From: Auanema rhodensis
Taxonomy: Eukaryota; Animalia; Nematoda
Length of the DNA stretch: 64,000 bases
NCBI GenBank assembly: GCA_964057225.1
Contig: OZ059899.1
Location: 7,998,001-8,062,000, forward strand
Direction: 5' to 3'
Of this stretch, positions 40,392-53,101 are shown in pieces. Position numbers and translations under genes: made by a program. Numbering within the stretch: position 1 is the first letter of the stretch; every line of letters begins with the position of its first letter. Under the pieces are notes generated by a model that was not told where the DNA came from, did not search any database, and saw only the letters and a list, made by a program, of their open reading frames with translations.

Positions 40392-42723
40392 ATGTCTTTG
40401 CCCATTGAGCCAGAGTTGAACTCTAGCCGAGGAAGATACGAATTAAGTGATATCTATTTAGTATGCTTTTTGTAAATTTTTTAATAGTTTCTCATTATTT
40501 TTTTTCAGAGTTCTAGGGACGAACCTGTTGGGAAAAAACCAAGACATATCATGTATGACGAAGAGGTTGTGGAGAGACCAAAGTATGTTAATATACATGT
40601 ATTTAAATATTAATTAAACTAATGATTATGTTCATATGTAGAACTATGGGAGGACGCGTGCAAATGAAAATGGATAGGTTCAGAGATTATGTCGGGAGAT
40701 CCTGTTGTTCCTGTGTCGAAAGAGTTAGTTAAAAAAAGGAAGCTGTTTTATTTACTTCGTTATAGATGCCAGCCATTGTACTTGTCATTGTTGCATGCCT
40801 TGTTTTCGCTCTCCTGTTAGCTCTAATTCCAGCTGTTTTTATTCTAACAAATGCTGCCTCTAGTGAAGCCTTGGCTCAGATAGGTGAAGTCGAAATGAAT
40901 GTATTAATAACTATTAACTATCTGGAGAAACATTTTCATTTTTTAGGGATTGAGGAAAGGTTTCGGACTCCCTAGAATTGATCCTGATGATGAAGACGAT
41001 TTGCTGATTCACGGATTCCCAATTCACGAAGTCTTTCCTCTTAACGTATCCATTTGTCCTGGATTCGGATTCAGCTGTACCTCTGAGCCAGTAAGGTTTC
41101 TTATAATTAATTATGCTATTTTGCTTTTTTAGCACATTACTATTGGAACTAACCGCCGCTGTGATGGAATTCAAGACTGTGCCGACGCTTCTGATGAAGA
41201 AAATTGCAATGGTATGATCGAGCCAAATGATTAAAAAGAGAATTTGTTTTTAGACTGCAGAACAACTTTCTCTTGTATGTTGAATCCTGAGTCTACAGTT
41301 TCTAAGTTGAAGATATGTATTCGCCCTTCTCAATTGTGTGATGATGTCAAGCATTGCCTTGATAGTTCTGATGAAACTGCTCTTTGTGGTATCATAATGA
41401 TTATTATTAGAACGGAACCAAATTATTTTTTTAGAAAGAGAATGCTCGGAAGACGAGATGTCTTGTAAGTCATACAGTGGGAAGTCTATTTGCATTCCCA
41501 ACTCTTCCAAATGCGATGGTGTAAAGGATTGCAAAGGAGGAGATGACGAAAAGAACTGCGAGGAATGCACAAGAGGAGCTAGGGTATGAAGTGCATTTGA
41601 ACTTTGGCTATTTTTTAATTTGCAGATGTGCAAATCAACAGGAAAATGCATTGACTCTCGTTTCATTTGTGATGGATATACTCAATGTGCTGACGGTTCT
41701 GACGAGGAAGTATGATGTTTTCCAAAACGTTGAAGCTAGGTATTTTTTAGGAGTGTGATTGCCGTTCCTGCAGTGGCTCTACTAAAGCTCTATGTACCGA
41801 TGGTACTTGCATTGATCGCGAGAAGGTTTGCAACGGAAATATCGATTGTGGAGATGGAATGGATGAGAAAAACTGCGCTGGAAGCTGTCATTATGACGAA
41901 GAACCCGTAATTCGAAATCTTTTATGATTTTTAAAAATTTTTTGTCATTAGGAAGAGACTGTGTTGTGCCGTGACGGAAAAACTCATACAGTCTCCGAGG
42001 CATGCTCTGGCAGAATCGATGAGTGCGTATCCCTTTGCCCTACTTGCTCCAGTAGTCCTCATCTTTTCCAATGTCTTGATGGCTCTTGCATCAACAGATT
42101 TAAGGTTTCATTATTTTTAATTTAAGAATTTAATACTTTAAATTAGGTGTGCAACGGTGTATCTGATTGCAATGGAGGAGATGATGAAAAAAATTGCAAG
42201 TGCACTGTGAGTTCAATATATATTTGTATAAATTTATGAAATCTTGCAGGATGACAAATTCACTTGTGCTTCTGAGGATCAATGCATTGATAAAAATCGT
42301 CGTTGCGATGGTGTCCGCGACTGCTCCGATGACTCTGACGAAAAAGATTGCGATACTGTAATTTTTATTATTTTTAAAATTTTAATTTTATTTTTAAGTG
42401 CCCAGAAACTGCTCTCCGCTGTGAACATGACCGCTCTTGCCTTCCCCTTATTGCTCGATGTGACGGAGTTGTAGATTGCCCTGATGGTTCTGATGAAATT
42501 AACTGCTCATGCTATGGTTAGTGTTTAGTGTACAAGTTTTCCGAAAGATAATGGATCTTCAGAATGCACTGGAAAGCATATTCAAAATTACATGTGTGAA
42601 TCATCAAAACGTTGCATTAGAAGGGAGGAAGTATGTTCTCCATACTCTGTTTGTCCCAACGCTACTCTGATTGACAGACGCTATTGTGCTGATTTAGCAA
42701 TTAAAAAGAACTCTTTTTATTAA
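40392..42723 (+). CDS. egg-1: EGG-1/EGG-2-type type II membrane protein with eight LDL-receptor class A repeats
   Basis: Short cytoplasmic N-terminus, one TM ([24 protein letters not shown]), then CPGFGFSC...[16 protein letters not shown] and seven more CDG..DC.D.SDE..C-type repeats. Stop TAA 42721-42723. egg-1 and egg-2 cannot be distinguished. Confidence 0.85.
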
Positions 42724-42939
42724 TTTCAAATCCAAACTTACGAAATCTGTAATTAACCTCATGCAGTTACTTATGTTAACTTGATCTCATTTTTTAATAA
42801 GGATTGTAGCCAATTTTTTACTCTTTGGCCATGTTTTACCCTTAAATAATAAACGTTTTTTAATTTTATCGTTAACGCTCATAGTTTCACGTGCATTCAA
42901 ATACTACGTGATTATGCTATTTTCATCTACAACAACAAC

Positions 42940-44264
42940 ATGAACCGGTTCATCAAAAGCTTGTACTATCCGTTTTCTGTACGCTCGGAAGTCTTTACAA
43001 ATTTTTGTGTTTCTCCATAATTGTTTTTTGAATTAGGATTGTGAAGCTAATGTAGATCCTATGGAGGTTCAAGACGTTGAAAATCTACAATTAAATGTAC
43101 CCGAGTCGGATGGGGAAGATAACTGCAAAAGTTTTTAAAATAAGTTTTTAATTATCTAAACAGAATTATAGTTCCGATTGAATCTCTATACATAGAGAGA
43201 GGATTACCTGCCTTCGTGATGAATAATCGGAACCCTAAGAATGATTCTTTACCTGTCATGTTGGAAGAACTTAATGTAAGTGTGAAATAATGTGTATGTT
43301 ATGATGTAAATTGTTGATAGGATTTGCCTTCTCTGTCAAAATCTAATGAACGCTCTTCGGTTACAACACAGATTAAAGAAAATCGCAAGAAAGAAAAAAA
43401 ACCATCTCAAGTCATAAATGATCTGTCTGATGCAAATCGTACAACAGAATACAAGAAATCGGTTAAATCAGTGATATCTTATCCAAAATTCTTCAACGGA
43501 GTGGTAACCAGTTTTGTTCTGACCTAGGTAACAATTAATCTTTTAGAAGCTACCACAAGCAGAATCTCATTATTTCGCAAATAACACGGTGGAAGAGAGT
43601 GTTTGTCATGGCAATGAGATGGTAACTTCTGATGAAAGTAATAATAAAATTGATGAAAATGAAATTGGGGGGTCAGAACTGCAAGTAATATTACGTAGAT
43701 CAAACATTTTGTTATTAATTAATTCTATAGAGTTTCTCAGAAGATACTGATAATGATTCGACTAGTATAGAGTCAAAATATGTCGTAAGTTTAGTTTTTG
43801 AATTGTATATAGTTTCTTATATATATGTATGTATTGATCTTTAGGTTTCCGATTATTTCGGCTTTCAAAATTTGACAGGAAAGTTCAATGGTGCTGAACT
43901 TAAATGTTGTCCATCAATTACAAGAAGACCAATACGTATATAGATTTCAAAGTAATAACACCTGATATTTTACTTCAGATGAATTGTACAATGCTTTCAA
44001 AAGTGGTAATGAACATTTATCTCCCCAGGTAGTAGTAATTTTTTTATCCTTGGTCATAGATTTCGTTTTAGAAAAGCTATTTTCAAAATGAAATTCGAGT
44101 GAAAACAAAAGTTTGTTTTTTTCTTGTAATCTTGTTAATTCCATTATTTTTTAATCTCGCTTAATTAACCAGTTTGTACTTGTGTTTAGATCCCCAAAGT
44201 TCCCGGTCATGCGTTTGAGTATGTTAACTTACCATCAACCTCTGAGCTTTACGAAGACAGCTAG
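42940..44264 (+). CDS. Multi-exon acidic/low-complexity protein of unknown function
   Basis: Short exons flanked by GT-AG (MEVQDVENLQLNVPESDGED...; VSDYFGFQNLTGKFNGAELKCCPSITRRP; IPKVPGHAFEYVNLPSTSELYEDS*). Start uncertain (42940 or 43061). Confidence 0.6.
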
Positions 44265-45267
44265 GGATGATGAACGAATCTCTGATTTTAAATACTCCGA
44301 GGAATTATTTATATTATGTTATATGAAGATTATACATATTGTTTGAAAGTTGAGATAGAATTCTCATTTATTCATATGAAATTTTCTATTTAAATTTTAC
44401 CTAATTTAGTCGACTGTTGACAATACGGCTCCGTTTTAAGCACAGCTGGAAGTCAACTAATTTGGCGTTATGCTTGACTTTTACTAGTTGCTTACCACCG
44501 TGCTAGCTGCCGAGCCCTTTATCCCAGCTAACTGCAATTAATTGTTGTGTGCATGCGAAACAGGTGTTTCCACCCTGAGTGGTGATGGTATTAACTCAGA
44601 TCTCGAAGTATAGTGCAGTTCAGTACTCTACTTTCCTTAAAAGCCTGTGTTTTATTTCAGACATTTTAGTTACACTTCATGATTTTTTAATTCAAACAGT
44701 AAGCATTTGTTTCCTTATAAGTCTTGAATGAACGATATTAAAGTTTGTTCGTTCCTTTTTTCTGAATCTGGAAATTCTTAATGGATTGTAAATATTTCTA
44801 ACGTCCACTTATGGCTTATGGCCGTTTTGAATTCGCTTCATTGGTTTATCGGTCAATGATGTGATGTCTCGCCGTGAGGTAGCTAGAAGTATAACAAATT
44901 GACAGCTTTCTTTAAAAAAAACAATTCATTTTGCTTTATTTTTTTAACTGATTGATTCTTACAATAGAACTTACTTCTATTTCATCTTTATTTTCTGCTT
45001 GTCAACCATATGCCTGCTTCTAGTTCATGAAAAACATTTTTGATTGTTAGATCATAGATAGAAGTAAATTATTATTTTCGGACCTTACTAATTCGCAATA
45101 TTGCTTTTAAGATTACAACATAAGCTTCAAACAATAGCTTCACTATCCTTCTTTCATATTTCAAGAAAACTACTCGTTATTCCTTAAAATTATATATTCA
45201 CCTCTTTCTTCCTTATTTGTATTTTTCCTTATTTGTATTTTTTTAAATTTAAGAATATTTAAACGAA

Positions 45268-45741
45268 ATGGTTATGATGGAACATGAAGAAAAAAGGAAA
45301 CTAGTAAGTATTCCCCCCCCCCTAGTCACACATGAAATAATATCTCTATAATATTTTGAAGTTATAAATAATGTTTAAATTTCAGTATGATGATATAAAG
45401 AGCACAGGTGGCAGATTTCTTTCAAATACTACAGCTCATGGTTTACCTCAAATTCAATTGAGTTTTTTTCTTATTTTTCCTGTTTTCTCTTCATTTCAAA
45501 TAACAGTTATTAGACTGTTTGTGTTTTCTTGCTCTAAGTTAATTATAATCTTTTCAGAAGTCAAAATCATTATTTGGTAGATGGTTCTGGTTTTTTATAT
45601 GGTTATTGGCTGCATTAGTTTTTCTCATAACTGTACGTTAATTGGAAACAAGATATGAGACTGGAAGTTTCCATTTTCTAATTTCAGGCTCTATTATTGT
45701 GGGGAAAATACCAACATCAAACACCAATGACGTCTGTATCG
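45268..45741 (+). CDS. Alternative degenerin N-terminal module (HG motif + TM1) upstream of deg-1
   Basis: Exons 45268-45303, 45386-~45460, 45558-45632, 45688-45741 encode ...RFLSNTTAHGLPQIQL / KSKSLFGRWFWFFIWLLAALVFLIT / ALLLWGKYQHQTPMTSVS and end in phase 0, compatible with the 48763 acceptor. One junction (45461 to 45558) is out of phase with the obvious GT donor. Confidence 0.65.
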
Positions 45742-48333
45742 GTTAGTTATATTTATTAAAATTTCCGTAAAATACAAGTATACCTATTCAAAAACATTAT
45801 ATTACATACTAGAATTCTCCAGTGCAATTTCTAGACTTTAGTTTTCTATTACTTTACCTCTTTTTGCACACCAAATTGAGTCATCTAGTTCCCCAGAGAG
45901 TATGAGGAGTTGAAAACCTAACCGAGATTGCTATCGGGAAACAAATTTCGTATGTTGCTTTTTGTGGTAATTGAAACCACAAACACATCTACACATTTAC
46001 ACATAGTAACATTGGAAGATTAGTTTCTTTTTTAGAATATTGACGGGAAAACAGAATAAAAACATTTCGTGTTACATCATTAATTTTGTAGCTTATATAT
46101 CGCTCTCCTAGTATAACTTTACTCAATTCTTATATGTATTTTGTCTTTACCTCTTTTGTTCTTAACTTTTTCATTAAAAAGCCGGAAAATAGACTCAGTA
46201 ATATACGAGGTCCTTGGAAAGTGGACGAGCTAAGTTGATTGGTACCCTTGACAAGTTTAGTGAAACCATGTCCTTTTAAGTTTTCATAAGTATTTTGAAA
46301 GCCAACTGGAAATAAGTTGTATTTTGAAATTGAGCTGTTGTAGAATATTCTTTTTAAACTTTGATATAAGATATTATCTCAATTGAATTTGATTAGTTTC
46401 AAAATGTCTGATATTAATGTAATTGTTTGTTTTGAGAATAATCATGTTCGATGAACATTACTATTGAACTTTTAGGATAAAGCACTTGAGTATATTCTTT
46501 TTTTTGTTCTCAGACTTATCTGTTTAAATTGACTTTTCCAAAATTCATTTTGATTACCTTGTAGCAAAATCGCTGACCCTGAAACGAAGTACTCAGTTAA
46601 AAGTTCTATAAAAGTGTAGCTCTTATTTAGTTGGAACAACGAAACGAAGCCAAACTATTTTACTAAAATCACTATTGCTTGTATAGTTTTGGCTCTTTGT
46701 TAGTATATAACTTTATTTTCAACAGTAATAGTAGCTATATTACACCGTCCACTCTTCAAGATGTCTGTTCAAGCTTGAAATTTCAAACCTCTTCTATATC
46801 ATTGTTATTATTCATCATAAGACATTCAAAATTGAAGTTGTTATTATTTATTTCAAAACCTTTTAACTTTAAGTAACCTAACTTCATTTACCTTTATTTA
46901 ATATACCAGTTAATGAATAAAATCTCTTGAAAATATATTCTAGAGCCAAGAATATAATAATGTCTATCAGATTGTGAATTTTGCCCAACCCCCCCTCATC
47001 ACATGGTTCTAAATTTTGGATATTCATGAACGTTTTATTCCCTCTTAGGTTTTGTATAGACAAATATCCATGAATGCATAATTTATTTCTCATGTAACAC
47101 CGTCATCTCAACTGATTTTGGGTAACAACTTCTGCCGGCCTATTAAGTTACAAGTTGTATGTTTCTTTTTTCTTTTCTATGATGTTTTTTCACTAGCATT
47201 TTCCTCATACAAGGATATAATCACAAGTTCTTTTTGTCTTCTACAAGCACCTTGTGGCATATTTTCAATGATAAGCTGTATTATGTTCTATTATTCATAC
47301 ACATACAACTTGCATATACTTATATCATCCATTATTTTTTGTTTTTTTCGTTGATTGCTAATTTATGAATGTTTTCCATTTCATACCACTAAAAAATGAT
47401 TAACTGAAATATAATTAATTTGCTTGAGAAATCTGAATACTATATGTTACTTTGTGTTTTGAAAATTTCGTGGAGGGTTTTAAGGCTCATCACGTTCTGA
47501 AATTATATGCTTTTACAACGGTTGCTTGAACCAATTTACAAAATGTCATCGGAACAATCGTTTAACTGTTTTTTGTTTGGTCTTGCCATAGAAAAAGCTA
47601 AAATAGCTTTTGACTTGATACTAAAAGATGATAAAATAAACTCTTTGATGAGTACTTTTGACTCCAATCGGTTCGATATCTCTTGAATTTTGAGAATCGT
47701 TTCTCTTTCTTCTTATTGATGACCACAAGCTTCCACTAGTTTAATTAATCACTCTTACGATCAAAACGCTATCCTAATGCTTTCTGTTTTCATCATATTT
47801 CAGAGTAGTTTAATGCAATTCATAATTTTGAAAAACCTATTATTATTTTATATTTAAATGTTTTTCTCTCATGCCCTTCAGTGTGTTCATATTCTTTCTC
47901 AATTTTCTTTTTTAGAACAAGAGTTTATTCGTTGTATTTAACTCTTGTTGGCTATATGTAAAGCTTAAGTTTAACAATTCAATCAACCTTTGTAACTTTA
48001 TGGAATATATTCTGAGATTCGTAAAAGCTTTTTTGTTACCTAGAACATAATGAAACGAACTTGACTGCATAGCCCTTTTATTTAAACTTGATGAAAGACA
48101 GAAAAAGATCACATGTAGAGATGATGTTATCCTCCCATCCCTTCTCAAAAGAAAAGAAACGATCTTTCATTGCTAGCCAATGATATATAATATATATATC
48201 TATCTTTAGTTTTCCTTTTATACTTTTTTTTTCGAGACTAAATATATATTTCTATCATAAATCTGAATACATTCCAGAATAAAATTGTTACTTGAATTTA
48301 TTGTCCAGCTTTAACTTATTCAAGTTATTGTCA

Positions 48334-51300
48334 ATGGCACCAGGGGTATTATCAACGAATTCTCCTATTCCTCCTGGATATAACGATTATATATACGAAA
48401 AGAACTTCAATGATCAGTTTTCTTCACGAACATCAAGACGTGAATCATTATCTGCTCAAAATGAAGTAGCAGAAAATCCTCGTAATCTTTGGACAAAACT
48501 GTATCTGTTCCTCGATAACACTACCGCTCATGGAGCTAAGCGAATTTTAATTGCAAGAACACGATACAGTCGATGGTTTTGGATATTATTAGTGATATTC
48601 GGAGTTCTCGCATTTAGCTTTGTTGTAATGAGGCTTACTCAAAAGTATAATAGCAAGGAGAAAATAACCAGTATCACTGTATGTTTTTGATTAATTTTTG
48701 TCAAAAATTAAAAATATAAATTCTATTATTTCTTTTCACGCTTGTACCTTTGTATATTTTCAGCTCAAATTTGATCAAGTGGATTTCCCAGCTATTACGT
48801 TTTGTAATTTAAATCCATATAAAAAAAGTTTAATCAACATGGTGCCATCAATTAGAGATACGGTAAGTGCATAATAAGTTCAATTTGTTGATATCTCTCT
48901 TCTAGATGGATGTCTATGATAATGCCAAATCACACAGTAAATTGGAAGGCGAGAATGAGAAGAAGAAAACAAAATTCATGAGAAGACAATATGCAGAAGT
49001 TGCTGCTCAACGGGTATGAATCACTTACTTAGTAGTAGCCAGTGAAACAATAACAGTTGATGAGTTTCTACTTCAAGGTTGATTTCAGGTAAAACAGCTG
49101 TTTGAAAAAGAAATAGAAGAAGGCCTTAAAGAATTGAATAACCAAAGAACTGATCTTAACAGATCTCACATAGTTCATGATACTGCTTCAAGAGAGAAAA
49201 GACAGGTGAATCAAAAACCCCCTACTCAAACATCAATTTTCTAGAAAACATGAGTTTATTCTATGTTGCTCTAGCGGTCATTTGAAATAAAGCGCAAGAC
49301 CTGTCATTTTAAACAAAATGAACATTCGATACGGTTGTCTACAAACTTTTTTGCAGGTTCCTCGACGACGTTATGAAGCTATTGAAGCTCATTGTAGATG
49401 TGTTGGAAAGCCTGATATGGAATGCATACGATTTGAAACTCCGCCGAAAAATGATGTTTGTGATTTAAACAACTTGCAATTCATATAAAAATAATTATTA
49501 AAGAATTCAAAATGTGTATGTACATTTGACAGTGATATGATGGTTGCTTGGCCTTGTTTTAATATCAGGTGGGTTAATGTCATTTTCAACATTAAATTCA
49601 TTGCATTTACTACAACTTTTATGTTGTCACCAATATGTAGTTTGATTCGAATAGAAAATGCGTTCAATGACAAGTACATACATCATAACTAAACTACACT
49701 TTCACAATGCTGCCATTTAAATTTTTATAAGTGTAGTTTCATACCTTAAGATGGAATTTAATTAAATACTCACGATCTACATACCAGATCTATTTATGAG
49801 ATCGAAACTGACTTGATCTAGCTGATCTAATAAGATGTCAAAATTTCGTACTTTTCCGCTTTGAAAAATCAGTTGGTTTATCGTTTTTCAGCATCTGGTA
49901 TGATCATGTCTGTCCTTTTTGCACAGATGAAGGGCATTGTGAGGCTACCTCTAGCGATCCAAACTTTCCTAGTATGGATTGGCCATGCAAATGTCGTAAT
50001 AGAACAACTCCCTTAGAGTCAGGTGAAGATGTAAGTGCTTTGTATAATATTTTTCCTATATTTTGCTTCAATCATATTTAGTTCAGCTTTTCTAATCTTT
50101 TTTCCTTTTTTTAACATTACCCTTTTTATTATTTTTGCTTGCTTTACGCTTCCTTTCAGCCGTTAGAAAAGAAATATGGATTTTCAAAGGTGATCTTAGT
50201 TGCATAGATTGGTAGTATTCAGAGTTTGACATAGCTCGCACTATTTATCACACAGTTTGAATACTATTTTAGATTTGTTGAGCCACTTGTCCTTAGCATA
50301 CATAGCATGAATGTTTAGTATATGTTATCTGAGATGTTTTTTTTATTGTTTGTTATAGTTACATTAATCTGTACTAATTCTTGTAGATAGATCGTTTGTT
50401 TGTTTGTTTTTTCAAGTTTTAAATCTCTTGTATAAGAAATGTCTATATAGATAGTTTGTCAATCATTTTACAATTTCCAGACACCATATTGCATAGGAAA
50501 AGAGCCTGTAGTGATCCGAAAATTATGGACAGAAGACAATTCAACAACAGAAGTGCCTACATCAACCACTACAAGTAAGTTTTCGATTCTTTGTCGCTTC
50601 AAACAATTTTTGCTTTTTTTTTATCACATTTTTCGTTAGCACATGCACCTACTACTACTACCACAATCACTCCTTCTACGACCACCACTACAGAACTTCC
50701 AACAACCACTACAACTTCAACTACCACGACTTCAACTACCACGACACCGTCGTCTACTACTTCAACAACTACCCCTGCAACCACAACAGAATCTCCGCAA
50801 ACTAGTATGTAGAAATGCTTTGCACTTATAATTTTTTAAAACTATCTTCTTTGTTTCTACTTGGTTTATCTGTATAAGTAAGGCTATCTAAAAAGGTTGC
50901 ATACTTTTATACATACTGTACAGTATGTGCTTTCTGTACATTTTATGTTTGGGTGAGTGAAAAATAGAAAGATCTTGTGGATCTTAGAATGGAAAATATG
51001 TCTTTATTTATAATTGAAGTTTTAAAAAATTAGCTATTATGTTAGATTTTGAAATGACTAATAGCCGCTCTTATTCGTTTTCATCTAATGTATTTTAAAG
51101 CATCGCGGCCGGTAAAACCTAATCAACGTGCCATTGTGAGCAATCCAGAAACAATCAAAGCTTTTGGATTCAGTGTAAGTTTAAGTTTTGTTTTGCAATC
51201 ATATTTTATGGATTTTTAGGGAATGACTGATGGCGTTGCTATGTTAACGAAGGCTAAGGAAAATCTGATGTTCACTATGGCTGCTCTATCAGAGGAACAG

Positions 51301-52712
51301 AGGATAGCTTTAAGTCAAAGTAAACATGAGTTCATTGAAATGTGCTCATTCAATGGCCGAGAATGTGACATAGAACAGTAATGATCTTAATTAATATATT
51401 TAAAGAAACTTCATGTTTTCAGAGATTTTCGATTGCATGTTGATCCCGAATTCGGAAATTGTTTTACTTTCAATTATGATGTAGAAAATAACTATACTAG
51501 TAGTAGAGCGGGTCCTATGTATGGTTCGTACATCAAGATTTAACATAGTATTTGTTTTTGATTCAGGCATTCGTATTTTGTTATTTGTTAATACTTCGGA
51601 TTATATGTCAACATCGGAATCTTCTGGAATTCGGCTAGCCATTCATCCACCTACACAATATCCATTTCCTGACACTTTTGGTTATTCAGCTCCTGTTGGA
51701 TTTGCTTCAAGTTTTGGAATGAAAAAAGTTTGTTTAGCATTTCTAGTTCAATTTTAGTATTTGTAATTAGAAAGTAATGCATCGTCTGAATTCACCACCG
51801 GGTGAATGTGTTGTTGCCAGAGAAGTCGATCAGACTGATTATATTTATCATGGTTATGATTATCAGCCGGAGGTATGTAGTTGACAGAAATAAGTTTCCC
51901 TCAATTTAATAATTCAGGGATGTCATAGAAGTTGTTTCCAAAACCGTCTTTTGGATGATTGTGCTTGTGGAGATCCACGATTTCCTGTGCCACCTGGTAG
52001 AAGACATTGTTCTGCCTTTAACGCGACAGCTCGTAAACTAAAATTTATTTAAAATTATGAAATAAATTGATCAATTGTAGGTGATTGTCTAGCTGATAAA
52101 ATTGGCAATGTTGGGGATTTCCATCACATAACTGATCGAATGACGGATTGCGTTTGTAAACATTCCTGCACTGAAGTCTTACATGAAGTTACATTCTCAG
52201 CGAGTAGGTGGCCTTCCGGTGCTACTGATGTGAGTTTAAGTGTAACTTAAAAAGTGTTTACTATATATTGCTTAGTTAGGGGATTGTGATGGAATGACAG
52301 AAGTAGAATGTGAGCATTATTATAGACTGAATGCTGCTATGGTAGAGGTTTGTCTACTCTGTAACACATGTAAATCTTTAATTTTTTTCAGGTGTTTTAT
52401 GAACAACTAAATTATGAATTGTTGCAAGAATCGGAAGCTTATGGAATGGTTAATCTTATTGCCGATTTCGGTGGACATCTAGGATTATGGCTGGGTTAGT
52501 ATGAATATTTTTTTAAATCTAACTGTATGCTTTAAGGATTCTCCATGATAACTGTGACCGAATTTTTCGTTTTGATTGTTGATTGTTTATCTGTTTGTTT
52601 GAGTTCTCGAAGAGAGAAGAAAATGGAACGCACGAATACACTGAAGAAAGAACGGGAGCAACGTGCTATAGATAAAATGGATAAAGGACATGATGCTTTT
52701 GTTCAAATATAA
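48334..52712 (+). CDS. deg-1: DEG/ENaC degenerin sodium channel subunit
   Basis: [48 protein letters not shown], Thr-rich insert, [74 protein letters not shown] and C-terminus DAFVQI* match recalled DEG-1 along its length. Confidence 0.93.
50640..50805 (+). repeat. Thr-rich coding low-complexity exon of the degenerin ectodomain
   Basis: ACN-rich repeats encoding [28 protein letters not shown]... Confidence 0.85.
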
Positions 52713-53101
52713 TTTCTCAAAACATAACCTGTGATCTCAATTTTCGAAGTTTTCTTTATTAATTGCCGTTAAGTAAAGTACATTCAAAATTTTTAGAAGT
52801 TTACTCGTATATCAAGGATCATGGCTTCTAAGATTTCTTCAACAGAAAGGTTAATAGCTTTATATGAACAAGGTCAAACAACAAAGTAGGAAAATACCGG
52901 GATGTTTATGTGATTTATGACTGGCAAATTTTAAAAAAATGGTAAAAGAAATCAGGTTTATGAAACCCGCATGTAAAGTGGCAACAATGGTATATAAAGA
53001 TACAAACATTTAAAAACAACAACTATGTAACAAATGAAGCCGCTTCTTTGATTACGCTGAAATATTCAGCATGAAGTCGCCATAAAGAAAACAAGAGAAA
53101 C

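Noticed and set aside
45207-45242. Short tandem duplication TTCCTTATTTGTATTT x2
   Set aside because: Low-complexity slippage repeat with no evident function.
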